From a virus, in IMG/VR virus record IMGVR_UViG_3300031772_000014, positions 1-64,000 of that record: DNA of 64,000 nucleotides; one strand, written 5' to 3'. The number at the start of each line of letters is the position of its first letter. The stretch's first letter is position 1. The notes below the pieces were generated by a model. That model did not search any database. It was given only the letters and a program-made list of their open reading frames with translations, and had not been told where the DNA came from. Made by a program: the position numbers and the translations under genes. Shown piece after piece: positions 30,886 to 40,574 of the stretch.

Positions 30886-31850
30886 CCTGTTCCCCCGCCT
30901 TCCATGGCCGTGCCGCTGTAGCGCGGGCTCATCTCAACTTCGTGTCTCACGTTGCCCTGCCCGTTCGTGAGGTCGGTCGATGTGGCACCCGTGGCGGCCT
31001 GGACCGCCGGCGCCGGGCGTACACCGGGACGAACGCCACGAAGACGGTCGATGCCCCTTCCGACCATCTTGCCGGCTCCCTCGGCGGCCCCACCGATCAC
31101 CGTCTGCCCGATCACCGGCAGAGGTCCACCAACAAGATTGCCGACCACGTTACCGACAGCACGCCCAATCCGCTCCCCTTTACCGGCGTTCGGATCTGAG
31201 TCTTCACGGGAGAGCGCCGAGTGCGCGATACCTATTGCTGGGAGACCCAACATCATGGCCTTGCTGGCCGCAGTGGTTCCGTGAAGCTGCTCGGCGGCCC
31301 CGGCCCTGACGGTGTTCATCAGACCATGCTCCTTCACGGACTTAGCGATGCCGGGCAGGCTGGTGATCCCCATCCGCTCAGCCTCCTGGGCGGCGTGCAT
31401 GCCCTTCCGGGTGTTCTCCAAGTTCTTCAAGTTCTCCGGTGAGGCTTCCAGGATGCTCTTGACATGAGCGTCGTTGAACCTCTTGGTCGCATCATGCGCG
31501 CCGTGCTCGATGGAGTGCAGACCTTCCGCGGGCGTCCAGCCCGTGAGCCCGTGGACTTGTCGTTGCCCGAAGTTGCTCAACTCCTTGCCGACGTTCGGTG
31601 CGACATGAGCCAGGCCAGCACCAAGGGCTGCACCACCGGCCGCCCCCACCGCGCCAGATTGAAGACCGTGCCCAAGGGCTTGACCTGTGGTCGCTCCTTC
31701 GGCCTTGGCTTTCCGGTACCCGAGGTACCCGGTCCCAAGACCACTGACACCACCCAGGAGAGCCGCCGAACCTACCATGGGGTTCAAGCCGCCGAGCTTC
31801 TCCAGTTCATCCTGAAACGCGAGCATCGTCGGCAAGGAGAGCTTAGGCAT
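30882..31850 (-). CDS. Glycine-zipper virion protein
   Basis: AFQDELEKLG leader, then several GxxxG hydrophobic segments. Confidence 0.55.
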   Translation of the reverse strand: MPKLSLPTMLAFQDELEKLGGLNPMVGSAALLGGVSGLGTGYLGYRKAKAEGATTGQALGHGLQSGAVGAAGGAALGAGLAHVAPNVGKELSNFGQRQVHGLTGWTPAEGLHSIEHGAHDATKRFNDAHVKSILEASPENLKNLENTRKGMHAAQEAERMGITSLPGIAKSVKEHGLMNTVRAGAAEQLHGTTAASKAMMLGLPAIGIAHSALSREDSDPNAGKGERIGRAVGNVVGNLVGGPLPVIGQTVIGGAAEGAGKMVGRGIDRLRGVRPGVRPAPAVQAATGATSTDLTNGQGNVRHEVEMSPRYSGTAMEGGGTG

Positions 31851-32631
31851 GTTGCACCAAGGGTAGCTGACTCCGAAGGCGGTTCCTACTAGCCTCCAAG
31901 TGCAGGTGAACTTCTAGCATACGTCGAAGTTGCTCATCTTCGACAGAAGCATCCGTGGGCGCCTTACCGGACACCCGAACGCCAGGCCACTGCTGCTTGA
32001 TGGCCTGGACGTTGACGTCGTAGTGGCTGGTGTCGATGTCCACGAAGTCCAGCGGCGGGGTGGGGACCACGATGCTCTCGTGCTCGAACACCGTCCGGAT
32101 GTACAGCCGAACTTCATCCGACCACTTCACGTCATCTCGCAGGCGGTTCGCGATGTCGACGGAGATGGCGACCTGCGAGACGTTCGGTACCTGCATGGTA
32201 TCGAAGTCCGGGAAGATCCCGTTGAAGGCCATCGTGCACCACCCGAACACGTGCCACTCGTTCCAGTACGGCTCCCCGAGGTGCAGCGTCTTGCACGCTT
32301 GAATCTTCGACATGTTCAAGTCGGAGAGCGGCCCGAAGTCCGCTTCGATCTGGCGATGAAGAACTTCAGGCTCCCAACCCAACCACTCGACCCCGTGCTT
32401 GACGATGAGAGCGATGTCCAGCGCGATGGGGTGAGAGTCAGGGTGGGAGAAGAAGGTCTTCCTCGTGATGTTCGTAGGCAGCGGAGGAAGAGACACCTCA
32501 TTGTGCTGGTGCTCCGACTTGTCGATCTCCTCGAGCTCGATGGTCGGGTCTTCCTTCTTGGGCTCTTCCGAATCTACACGGCGGGTAATCCGCAGGATTC
32601 GGTCGATGTCGCTTTCCGCTACCGCGGACAT
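31843..32631 (-). CDS. Hypothetical (virion-associated) protein
   Basis: 262 aa, coupled to both neighbours. Confidence 0.6.
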   Translation of the reverse strand: MSAVAESDIDRILRITRRVDSEEPKKEDPTIELEEIDKSEHQHNEVSLPPLPTNITRKTFFSHPDSHPIALDIALIVKHGVEWLGWEPEVLHRQIEADFGPLSDLNMSKIQACKTLHLGEPYWNEWHVFGWCTMAFNGIFPDFDTMQVPNVSQVAISVDIANRLRDDVKWSDEVRLYIRTVFEHESIVVPTPPLDFVDIDTSHYDVNVQAIKQQWPGVRVSGKAPTDASVEDEQLRRMLEVHLHLEASRNRLRSQLPLVQHA

Positions 32632-33587
32632 CAGGAGATGTTGTCCGCGGTGCTCTTGTCACGAGCCAGCTTGCCGAGGATCTTCCGCTGGTCCACCGGC
32701 ATCGACTTGTAGATGCCCACGGGGTCCTTCTGGAACTCCTCCGCCACCTCTTCGTTGAAGACCTTCTTCACCGATGAGATGCCCACACGGGCAAGGAAGA
32801 CCAGGTCGCTCTCGGCCACCTGCATGTTCCCGATGACCTCGGTGTACTCCGCCGTCTTCGACATCGCGAAGACCGTCGTCCACGGATCCGGGACATCCCC
32901 GTCGTAGTGGGAGTCGAGACCGGCCGTCTTGTCGAACTCATGCACGAGCTCGACGAAGATCTCCGGGTCCACGTGACCGGCCTGGCTCGCCACCTTGTCC
33001 AGGAGGACCTTGAGCCCGGCCTCGTCATCCTGGACGAGCAGGGAACGCCGAGCGTCCATGCAGACCTTGATACGCTCCGCCGAGGCATACTTCTCCGAGC
33101 CGTACTCGAGCGCGGCGTCAGGAACCTCCACGCCGATCTTGCTGGCTTCCTTCACCAGGTTCTTCGCGAACTCGTGGCGGTCCTCGGGGGAGAACATCTT
33201 CCAGTAGTCCGAGAAGTAGGCGCTCGCCATCTTGACCTGGGCGTAGTTCCCGAGCGGATACCTTCCTCTCAGGGCCGTCACGGACGCCTCCTTCTTCTCG
33301 ATCTTCGAGACCGGGTCCTTGTCCGAGACGTCCACGTGGGGCTTCATGACCTTCATCTGCGGAAGAGCTTCCATGTTCTTGCCTGGGATGAACGAGCGGT
33401 AGGGCGGACCTTCCTCGGGTCCGAAGTAGCTGCGGTCAGGCTGCCCGTTGGGCACGAGGTGGCCCATCGACGCGCCGGTCTTCTTGATCACGGCCTTGGT
33501 GGGTTCGACCTTGGGGTCAGCGGGAGGAGCTGCGGGCATGGTCTTGGTGTACGACAGATCGGCTTGCTTTTGCATGGTGTTCCTCAC
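32631..33587 (-). CDS. K-x-A motif virion protein
   Basis: Contains QKQAD, KKEAS, VKMAS, VKEAS, DKVAS, DKTAG and SKTAE. Confidence 0.6.
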   Translation of the reverse strand: MRNTMQKQADLSYTKTMPAAPPADPKVEPTKAVIKKTGASMGHLVPNGQPDRSYFGPEEGPPYRSFIPGKNMEALPQMKVMKPHVDVSDKDPVSKIEKKEASVTALRGRYPLGNYAQVKMASAYFSDYWKMFSPEDRHEFAKNLVKEASKIGVEVPDAALEYGSEKYASAERIKVCMDARRSLLVQDDEAGLKVLLDKVASQAGHVDPEIFVELVHEFDKTAGLDSHYDGDVPDPWTTVFAMSKTAEYTEVIGNMQVAESDLVFLARVGISSVKKVFNEEVAEEFQKDPVGIYKSMPVDQRKILGKLARDKSTADNIS

Positions 33588-34117
33588 AGCGCATTCCCGA
33601 AGCCGCGCCCAGCTTCCTGTGCGTTCACGCCCTTGAGGTTACCGCCGATCTCACTCGCGGCACCCGCGACCCCTAGAGCGGTCATCCCGGCCCCCAGGGC
33701 CTTTCCAGGGTTTCTGCGAATCATGCCGGGGATCTTGGCCGCGAAGCTTCCGATGCCGGCCACCTTCTTGAGCTCCTTGGGGTGGTCGAGCTTGTACCAG
33801 TCGCAGGCCACGAGCAGGTTGGCCGCCGCGACCTTCTGAGCTTCCTCGGGGAGGCGGTCCATGGTCTGGAGGAAGTAGTCGATGGACATCCGGGTGTTCC
33901 CGACGTCCGTGCAGGCGTACTTCCGAAGAACCACGTCTCCGTCGCGCATCACGAGGGCGAAGAGGTCATCTGGAAGGCTGCTGCGTTCCTCCCCGCTCAG
34001 CATGTGAGCGTTCTTCACCATCGAGGGGACTTCCGCCTTGGTCGGGTAGACCTGGCGAAAGACTTCACCTTCCTGGTCATCGTACACGTCGAGAAGTAGA
34101 CCGCTCAGCTTTTCCAT
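33584..34117 (-). CDS. K-x-A motif virion protein
   Basis: MEKLSG... after AGGAG; QKVAA and KKVAG followed by a Gly-rich segment. Confidence 0.6.
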   Translation of the reverse strand: MEKLSGLLLDVYDDQEGEVFRQVYPTKAEVPSMVKNAHMLSGEERSSLPDDLFALVMRDGDVVLRKYACTDVGNTRMSIDYFLQTMDRLPEEAQKVAAANLLVACDWYKLDHPKELKKVAGIGSFAAKIPGMIRRNPGKALGAGMTALGVAGAASEIGGNLKGVNAQEAGRGFGNAL

Positions 34118-34176
34118 GAAGCTCCTTTTACCAGCATCCGACCATCGGACGTATCCGCAAGAATAGCCCTTTGCTT

Positions 34177-34184
34177 GGGATAAG
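34177..34184 (+). promoter_or_regulatory. Candidate phage promoter motif GGGATAAG
   Basis: Same 8-mer at 39105. Both begin 47 nt before the ATG of the first gene of a plus-strand unit. Confidence 0.45.
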
Positions 34185-34223
34185 AGAACCGCAGCGAAGT
34201 TCACGCCCTGCCTAGGAGGTAAA

Positions 34224-34865
34224 ATGACGAACATGCCCGAGTGTTTCGGGAAGTACTGGGATGAGTCGGAAGTCGTATGTAGCGGGGGTTATGACCCGTC
34301 CTACGTGGCCTTGAACGGAAGCAAGAACAGGGAGCGGTGCCCTGGGTTCAACACCTGCCGGACCCGCACGTCGCTCGTGAAGGCCAACGAGCAGTTGAAG
34401 CAGCAGCAGGTCATACCGCCAAGCCAGCTCTTCCGAGGACAAGCTCAACCTGCGCAACAAGCCCCGGCGGCATGGAGACCTCCGACGCCCGTAGCACCAC
34501 CGGCACCGGCTCCAACGGTACCGACCGCCCCGCTGACGTGGGCGCAGCACCAGCAGTGGCAGCAGGCCCAGCAAGCGCAGCAGGCGCAGATGCAGCAGTG
34601 GCAGCAACAGCAGTGGCAGCAGATGCAGATGCAGCAGCAGATGCCTCCTTGGCTTCAGTACCCGCAGCAGTTCCAAGCGCAGGTGCAGCAGCAGCCGTTG
34701 CAGATGATGCCCGTCTCGTACGACATGCCGTCGTATCTCACCGTCACGGAAGACCGAAACCCTGGGACGTTCTGGACCAACCTCCTCCACGAGCTGCTTC
34801 GAGGAATGGGCAAAGCTGCCGGGCATAGCCTGGCGTCGTTCTTCGACCACGTGAAGTTCAGGTAA
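34224..34865 (+). CDS. Cys-cluster + Gln/Pro-rich low-complexity protein
   Basis: AGGAGG RBS; four N-terminal Cys (CFGKYW...C...C...C) and a long Q-rich tract. Confidence 0.7.
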   Translation: MTNMPECFGKYWDESEVVCSGGYDPSYVALNGSKNRERCPGFNTCRTRTSLVKANEQLKQQQVIPPSQLFRGQAQPAQQAPAAWRPPTPVAPPAPAPTVPTAPLTWAQHQQWQQAQQAQQAQMQQWQQQQWQQMQMQQQMPPWLQYPQQFQAQVQQQPLQMMPVSYDMPSYLTVTEDRNPGTFWTNLLHELLRGMGKAAGHSLASFFDHVKFR

Positions 34866-34867
34866 CC

Positions 34868-36595
34868 ATGAAGAGCATCCGCAAGCATCCCGACAAGGCG
34901 TACCTGGGTCTGGACCTGTGGGTGCCAAAGGCTGGGTTGAACGTGGAGGGCGTGAAGAGCGCCCTCCGGTTCCCCTACACCGTTGGCCAAGGTGAAGTCC
35001 GCATCCTCGAGCTGTTCAAGGAAGCGGCCAACCACATCCAAGTCCCTCGTGAGTTCTGGCAGTACGGCCAGCACTTCAACTTCGAGATCATCGACCTTCG
35101 CCCGAGGTCGTACAAGAAGGTCGGCTTTCGTAGCCGCATCAAGCTCGACCACGAGATGAAAGGCGGCAAGCTCGTACCCACCGGCAAGACCTACCAGCAG
35201 GAAGCCATCACGGCTCTTCACGGAGCTCGTGGCGGTGTGCTCGAGCTTGCCTGCGGGCTCGGGAAGACCGTCATCGCCCTCCAGTTCATCGCCGAGAAGA
35301 ACACCCCGGCCCTAATCCTGGTAGACAACACCCAGCTACTCGACCAGTGGCAGAAGGCCGTCGCGAACACGCTGAGCATCCCCGGTGGGGTGGGGCTCAT
35401 CCAAGGAGACTCCTTCGACTGGAAGAAGGGGCTCGTGATCGGCACCTACCAGACAGTGGCCAAGCGGGTCGCTGAAGGTAGGTGGACAGACCAGATGGCG
35501 AGGTGGTTCGGAATCGTGGTCGGGGATGAAGGTCATCACATCAACGCCCCCACCTTCTCGTACTCCTCGAACTGCATCTACGGCTACCGGCTCATCTTGA
35601 GCGCCACGCCCTTCCGGGATGATGGCCTTCACGTCATCGCCCACTTCCACATGGGCAACACGATCTACCGGGACCTCAAGCAGGACCTGAAGCCGGAGAT
35701 CACGTTCCACTGGACGGGGTTCGCACTCGACCTGAACAACGCTGCCACGATAGCGGGCACGCACACCATCGGAGGAAAGCTCAGCATCTCGAAGTTGGCC
35801 GTGTGGTTCGGAAGATGTCGTCCACGCCTCGACTTCATCCTCAACCGCATCCGTGTGCGGCTTGCGGAAGGTAGGAAGATCCTCGTCCTATCGAACTCCG
35901 TGGATGAGCTCGTGAACCTGCTCGCCATCTGGAACGGAGCACCCGACCTCTACTCAGCGGTCCCATACCCGACCGAGCAGGACGTGGGGGAAACCGTACC
36001 GGGGGAGAAGCTCGACGGCGATGAGCTAGAAAGCATCGAGAACCGGTACAAGCTCCTTGAGGAAGTGCTGAAGTCAAAGCACTTGGGGGAGTTGAAGAAG
36101 CAAACCACCCTCAACGAGATGCAGGACATCGAGCTTGTCCTGAAGATGCATGAGGTGGGGTGCAAGATCGAGAAACTCTGGAACGAGCGTCAGAAGGACT
36201 ACCGAGAGCAGCTACTCGCGATGCCGTCTGACGCTGGACTGATGATCCGCAAGGTAGCCGTGCAGGACCGGATGCGGATGCTCAAAGAGAAGCGGGTCAC
36301 CTTCGCCATCATGAAGTACGGGAAGGAAGGACTCGACGAACCCACCATCGACACGGTCATCGCCTGCGAGCCGATGTCCTCGAGGAACACCCTCCAGCAG
36401 GTGATGGGGAGGGCACTACGAAAGGAAGACAAGAAGAAGACACCAGTGTTCGAGGTCATGGAAGACGACATCGGACCCATGATCGGGATGTGCAAGAAGA
36501 TGCGCGGGCACCTGCGCCACTGGTCCGTCGATGACGGCGGGCCCTACGACTACACGTTCCTGGGATATCCGGAGCGGGCAAGGAAACTACGATGA
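34868..36595 (+). CDS. Superfamily 2 DNA helicase (UvsW/XPB-like)
   Basis: Motifs ACGLGKT, DEGHH, LSATP, EGLD and QVMGRALR. Confidence 0.88.
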   Translation: MKSIRKHPDKAYLGLDLWVPKAGLNVEGVKSALRFPYTVGQGEVRILELFKEAANHIQVPREFWQYGQHFNFEIIDLRPRSYKKVGFRSRIKLDHEMKGGKLVPTGKTYQQEAITALHGARGGVLELACGLGKTVIALQFIAEKNTPALILVDNTQLLDQWQKAVANTLSIPGGVGLIQGDSFDWKKGLVIGTYQTVAKRVAEGRWTDQMARWFGIVVGDEGHHINAPTFSYSSNCIYGYRLILSATPFRDDGLHVIAHFHMGNTIYRDLKQDLKPEITFHWTGFALDLNNAATIAGTHTIGGKLSISKLAVWFGRCRPRLDFILNRIRVRLAEGRKILVLSNSVDELVNLLAIWNGAPDLYSAVPYPTEQDVGETVPGEKLDGDELESIENRYKLLEEVLKSKHLGELKKQTTLNEMQDIELVLKMHEVGCKIEKLWNERQKDYREQLLAMPSDAGLMIRKVAVQDRMRMLKEKRVTFAIMKYGKEGLDEPTIDTVIACEPMSSRNTLQQVMGRALRKEDKKKTPVFEVMEDDIGPMIGMCKKMRGHLRHWSVDDGGPYDYTFLGYPERARKLR

Positions 36596-36999
36596 GCAAT
36601 GAATACAGGAGTTGGGCGTTGATCTGGACCGTGTGCGGAAGGTCGTACCTCGCAGACGTCGCCACGCTCAACGAGCAGGACGTGAGGGACTTCCTCCAGG
36701 CGTCCGAGGACAGCTTCGTACGCATCGGGGCGGGCGGGGCGTACGAGTACCAGAACCCCGTGGGGATGAACCAGCAGGGGAAGCTCTCCAGGCAGACCCT
36801 GGTGCTCCCCGTGGACTCCATGCTCGACAGCATCGGCTTCTTCGTGAGGATCTCCGAGGTGTTCTTCTTCTGCCAGTTGTCCGACGACGACTACGCGCAC
36901 TACGTGAAGCTCGTCGAGTCGGGGAACAGCATGAGGACGCAGACCAAGGCCGCGAAGGCTGGGCTCGTGCTCTCCACCGAGATGCCGAAGGTTCGGTAG
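36592..36999 (+). CDS. Hypothetical protein
   Basis: 135 aa, ATGA-coupled. Confidence 0.6.
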   Translation: MSNEYRSWALIWTVCGRSYLADVATLNEQDVRDFLQASEDSFVRIGAGGAYEYQNPVGMNQQGKLSRQTLVLPVDSMLDSIGFFVRISEVFFFCQLSDDDYAHYVKLVESGNSMRTQTKAAKAGLVLSTEMPKVR

Positions 37000-37838
37000 T
37001 GTTCGACTCCAGGAAGAGCCTCCCGCAACTTCGCCACGAGTGGAAAGACTGCACCAAGTGCGGTCTTGGTGTTCTACGAGAGGCGAACAACGGGAGGTTC
37101 GTCTTTGGGGAAGGTTCGCCAGGTGGGTTGATGTTCATCGGGGAAAGCCCCGGGTTTGCGGACGAAGAACTTGGCCGGCCCTTCATGAGTGAGTCTGGCC
37201 AGCTCCTGCACAAGGTACTGGCCAAGCTCGGGGTCTCCCACAGCTCCTGCTACTTCACGAACGTCGTTACCTGTCGTTCCTGTGAAGCCGTGATGAACGA
37301 CAAGGGGCTTCCGCTGATTCGCAGGAAGCAGCCGGTCTACAGAGACTTGGCTCCCCTCCCACCACACATCGAGGCGTGCTTGCCACGCCTGCACGAAGAG
37401 ATCTACATCGTGGACCCCGTGATCATCGTGGCTCTTGGGGCCACGGCCGCGAAGGCCGTCACCGGTGGAAACCTCTCCATCATGGGGGAGCGCGGTAAGG
37501 AGAGGTTCATCGAGATCCCTGGAGCCAGCAAGCGGGCCGTCTTCACAGACAAGAAGCGGTCCTGGGTTCACAAGGTACGCGGGGAACTGATCACGCCGAC
37601 TGAGACGAACACGGTGAGCTATCTCCTGATACCCACCCTGCACCCGAACCACGCGTACTCCCAGCAGGAGGACTTGAGTCGGGAAAGCCCGCTGAAGCTC
37701 ATCATCAAAGACCTTCGCTTCGCCGTGAAGGTCTACGAACGCTACCGGCTCGAAGTCTTCGGGACTTTGCCGACTGGCGCAAGCGACGTATCCGAAGAGA
37801 GCATCGAAGAGGAAGTAGGAGACAACGATGGCAACTAA
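36999..37838 (+). CDS. Uracil-DNA glycosylase family 4-like
   Basis: CTKC..L, VFGEG, FIGESPG, GRPF, TNVV.C, ALGATAA and TLHP; GTG start. Confidence 0.85.
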   Translation: MFDSRKSLPQLRHEWKDCTKCGLGVLREANNGRFVFGEGSPGGLMFIGESPGFADEELGRPFMSESGQLLHKVLAKLGVSHSSCYFTNVVTCRSCEAVMNDKGLPLIRRKQPVYRDLAPLPPHIEACLPRLHEEIYIVDPVIIVALGATAAKAVTGGNLSIMGERGKERFIEIPGASKRAVFTDKKRSWVHKVRGELITPTETNTVSYLLIPTLHPNHAYSQQEDLSRESPLKLIIKDLRFAVKVYERYRLEVFGTLPTGASDVSEESIEEEVGDNDGN

Positions 37839-38268
37839 GCGTTCCCCCGTGTCGGTACCTGTGGACCAGGTCATCGAAGTCATGGAGTTCGTCGAAGCCC
37901 AGGACGAGCTCGAGCAGTTCATCGCGAACAACCAGGACCTCTACGACGAGCTCTGTCGTCTGGCCCAGGAGCGGAACACCAGGCTGGAAGCAGCAGACAA
38001 GGTTGTGCGTGCCGCCGGCGTGTCCGCGGGTCCGTTCAACAAGATCTCCGAGTCGAAGAAGATCAACGCCGAGAAACTCTACGAGGAGATCGGCGCGGAA
38101 GACTTCGTCAAGGTCGGCGGGTACACGGAGACCGTTACCGCGTACAAGGTTGACCGTGAGCGCTTCCTCTCTCTCGTGCGGGCCAGCCAGGTCCCGCAGG
38201 AGATTGTCGAAGTCGTGGTCAAAGACACGGCCAGCTACGCGAACATCCCGCGGTACGTGCTTCCGTGA
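37828..38268 (+). CDS. Hypothetical coiled-coil protein
   Basis: 146 aa with an AGGAG RBS. Confidence 0.6.
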   Translation: MATKRSPVSVPVDQVIEVMEFVEAQDELEQFIANNQDLYDELCRLAQERNTRLEAADKVVRAAGVSAGPFNKISESKKINAEKLYEEIGAEDFVKVGGYTETVTAYKVDRERFLSLVRASQVPQEIVEVVVKDTASYANIPRYVLP

Positions 38269-38573
38269 AAGCCACGTACGTCATCACCACCGACGCACAG
38301 GGAAGGGAAACAAAGATGGAACAAGGTGAGGTAGAGGTGGAGGACCTGAAGGTCGATACCGAAAGCCACTTCAAGACGGCCGAAGTCGAGATGGCCGTGG
38401 GGTTCGCCCGCGGGTACGGCGAGGTGAAGGTGACCGCACTAGTCAGGTTGCACTGCACGCAGTCCACCTTCTCGGTCAAGCAGGCCGGTAAAGCCGCGCA
38501 CCTTCTGGCCTACGAGCTTGCGCTCGATGGGTTCAACATGGTGTGCGCCGACGTGGACTCGGTGACCAAGTGA
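38265..38573 (+). CDS. Hypothetical protein
   Basis: 102 aa, GTGA-coupled. Confidence 0.55.
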   Translation: MKATYVITTDAQGRETKMEQGEVEVEDLKVDTESHFKTAEVEMAVGFARGYGEVKVTALVRLHCTQSTFSVKQAGKAAHLLAYELALDGFNMVCADVDSVTK

Positions 38574-38923
38574 TTCAATCCGGCGTACTGAAGGCGAACA
38601 TGGTGGCGGTGGGGGAGCTCTCCGTGAGCTTCCTCGGCACCACCTTGAAGTTCACCGCAAAGGCCGCGTTCCTGAACAAGGACACCCGCGAGACCCATGG
38701 GTGGACCGAGAACACGAACTGGAGCCCGTCCACGATACAGAAGTTGCGTGAACTCAAGGAGGCCATGGAGACTGACCTCGCGAACATCCATTTCGTCACT
38801 GGTACAAGCTCAGAAGTGACCGGCAAGGTCGGTCTGACACTACGTGGCGATGCACCACCTGAAGAGGATGGTGGGCTCGGAAGCTTCCTCGGTGTCGAAG
38901 GCCCTGATGCTGATCCTGCGTAG
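38570..38923 (+). CDS. Hypothetical protein
   Basis: GTGA-coupled start within ORF 38543..38923. Confidence 0.55.
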   Translation: MIQSGVLKANMVAVGELSVSFLGTTLKFTAKAAFLNKDTRETHGWTENTNWSPSTIQKLRELKEAMETDLANIHFVTGTSSEVTGKVGLTLRGDAPPEEDGGLGSFLGVEGPDADPA

Positions 38924-39009
38924 TTGACTTCGACGGTCCAGACCTGCATCGTCGTCGGTCCATTGAGAAGGGGCTTACGCAGATCTTGCCGTCACGTACG
39001 ACTACTCAG

Positions 39010-39080
39010 CGTACTCGGTGCCTGTGCTTCATGCATGGGTGCCGAGTACGTGCGCGTCAACATTGGCGCGCTCTTTTAGG
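39010..39080 (+). terminator. Tandem hairpins with U-tract
   Basis: CGTACTCGGTGCCTGTGC..GCATGGGTGCCGAGTACG, then GCGCGTCAA-CA-TTGGCGCGC-TCTTTT. Confidence 0.55.
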
Positions 39081-39104
39081 CACAGCTAACAGACCCACTT
39101 CCAC

Positions 39105-39112
39105 GGGATAAG
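39105..39112 (+). promoter_or_regulatory. Candidate phage promoter motif GGGATAAG
   Basis: Follows a terminator and precedes the DnaB-like gene; identical to 34177. Confidence 0.45.
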
Positions 39113-39151
39113 CAATCCGTGTGAAGGACCACGCCCTAGGAGGAAGCAAAG

Positions 39152-40573
39152 ATGTCGCATCCTGAAACACAGCTACTGAGCAAGATCATCCGAACCGGTA
39201 ACCTGAGGATGGTCATCGAGTGGGGCATCACCGAGGCTGACTTCTGTACCGTTGAAGGTAAGGCGATGTTCCGCCACCTTCGAGGCTTCTACATGGAGCA
39301 CAACGGGTCGGTCATCGGAGAGAACATGCTGCCGCACACGTTCGGTACATTCGAGCTGTGTGATGACCCAGGAGTAAACCTACCCACGTACTGCACCATC
39401 GTGCGTACGAACCGACTCACGAGGAACTACGAAGACGCCTTGATAGAGGCGAACGACTTGGCGAAGAAGGATCCCATCGCGGCGATGACCTTCATGCAAG
39501 CCAAGACTCAAGAGCTCATGTCTCTGGGGATCACCACCAAGGACATGAAGCTGTCAGAGGGCGCGAGAGAAGCTGGGCGCCGGCACGACGACGCAGCGGC
39601 TGGGGGAGGGATGACGTCCCCCCTGGAGTGGCCATGGCCCCCCGTGAACGAAGTAACCCTCGGCATCCAGCAGGATGACTACATCGTCGTCTACGGGCGA
39701 CCCAAGAGCATGAAGTCGTTCGTGGTCAGTAAGATGGCCGCGCACCTGTACGAGTGCGGGATGAACCACGTGATGATCTACACGAAGGAGATGCCGGCCT
39801 GGCAGCTCTTCCGACGAACCGCTGGCTTCATCGCCCGGGTACCTTACGACAACCTCCGCCTCGGCCGACTCACGGCACGGGACCGTGCGGCCCTTCAGGG
39901 CGTCATCGACGAAGTAGCTGAAGAGGAAACCCGCACGGACGGGAAGCACACCATCACGGTCGTCAGCGGGCGGGATGCCCCTGGAGGTGTGGACAGCATC
40001 GGGTGGCTTCGCAGCAAGGTCGAGAAGTACAAGCCCGACGTCATCATGATCGACGGCCTCTACCTCATGTCCTCCGACAAGAAGACCATGAAGGACGAGG
40101 AACGTGTCCGCACCATCTCCAGAGCCGCAAGGCAGATGGTGCTCGACTACGAGACCCCGCTCATCGCCACCATGCAGGCCACCAGGGCAGCAGCGAAGAA
40201 CAGCACGGCCGAGCTGGATGAGATTGCCTACTCGGATGCCATCGGACAGGACGCCACGGCGCTCATCCGGTGCATCAACGAGAAGACCGGGCCCACCTTG
40301 GCACTGGTCTTCGGCGGTGCTCGAGAGTTCACCCTCCACGGCATCCGCATCAACGGAGTCCCCTGCACGGACTTCACCTACAAGGAGATGATGACCGAGA
40401 AGGAGATCAACAAGGCTACCGAGACGGACGCGAAGGGCGAGGAAGGGGAGAAGAACCCAGACGCCCACGTGAAGAAGCCGCTGCGTATGGGGGCCCCAGC
40501 CAACCCATCGAAGGCGGCGAAGGAAGCCGACAAGGCCATCGACAAGAAGATCGATGCAGCCCTAGGCGACTAG
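39152..40573 (+). CDS. DnaB-like replicative helicase
   Basis: Walker A variant GRPKSMKS, TKEM, IMIDGLYLM, TMQATR and SDAIGQDA. Confidence 0.82.
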   Translation: MSHPETQLLSKIIRTGNLRMVIEWGITEADFCTVEGKAMFRHLRGFYMEHNGSVIGENMLPHTFGTFELCDDPGVNLPTYCTIVRTNRLTRNYEDALIEANDLAKKDPIAAMTFMQAKTQELMSLGITTKDMKLSEGAREAGRRHDDAAAGGGMTSPLEWPWPPVNEVTLGIQQDDYIVVYGRPKSMKSFVVSKMAAHLYECGMNHVMIYTKEMPAWQLFRRTAGFIARVPYDNLRLGRLTARDRAALQGVIDEVAEEETRTDGKHTITVVSGRDAPGGVDSIGWLRSKVEKYKPDVIMIDGLYLMSSDKKTMKDEERVRTISRAARQMVLDYETPLIATMQATRAAAKNSTAELDEIAYSDAIGQDATALIRCINEKTGPTLALVFGGAREFTLHGIRINGVPCTDFTYKEMMTEKEINKATETDAKGEEGEKNPDAHVKKPLRMGAPANPSKAAKEADKAIDKKIDAALGD

Positions 40574-40574
40574 G

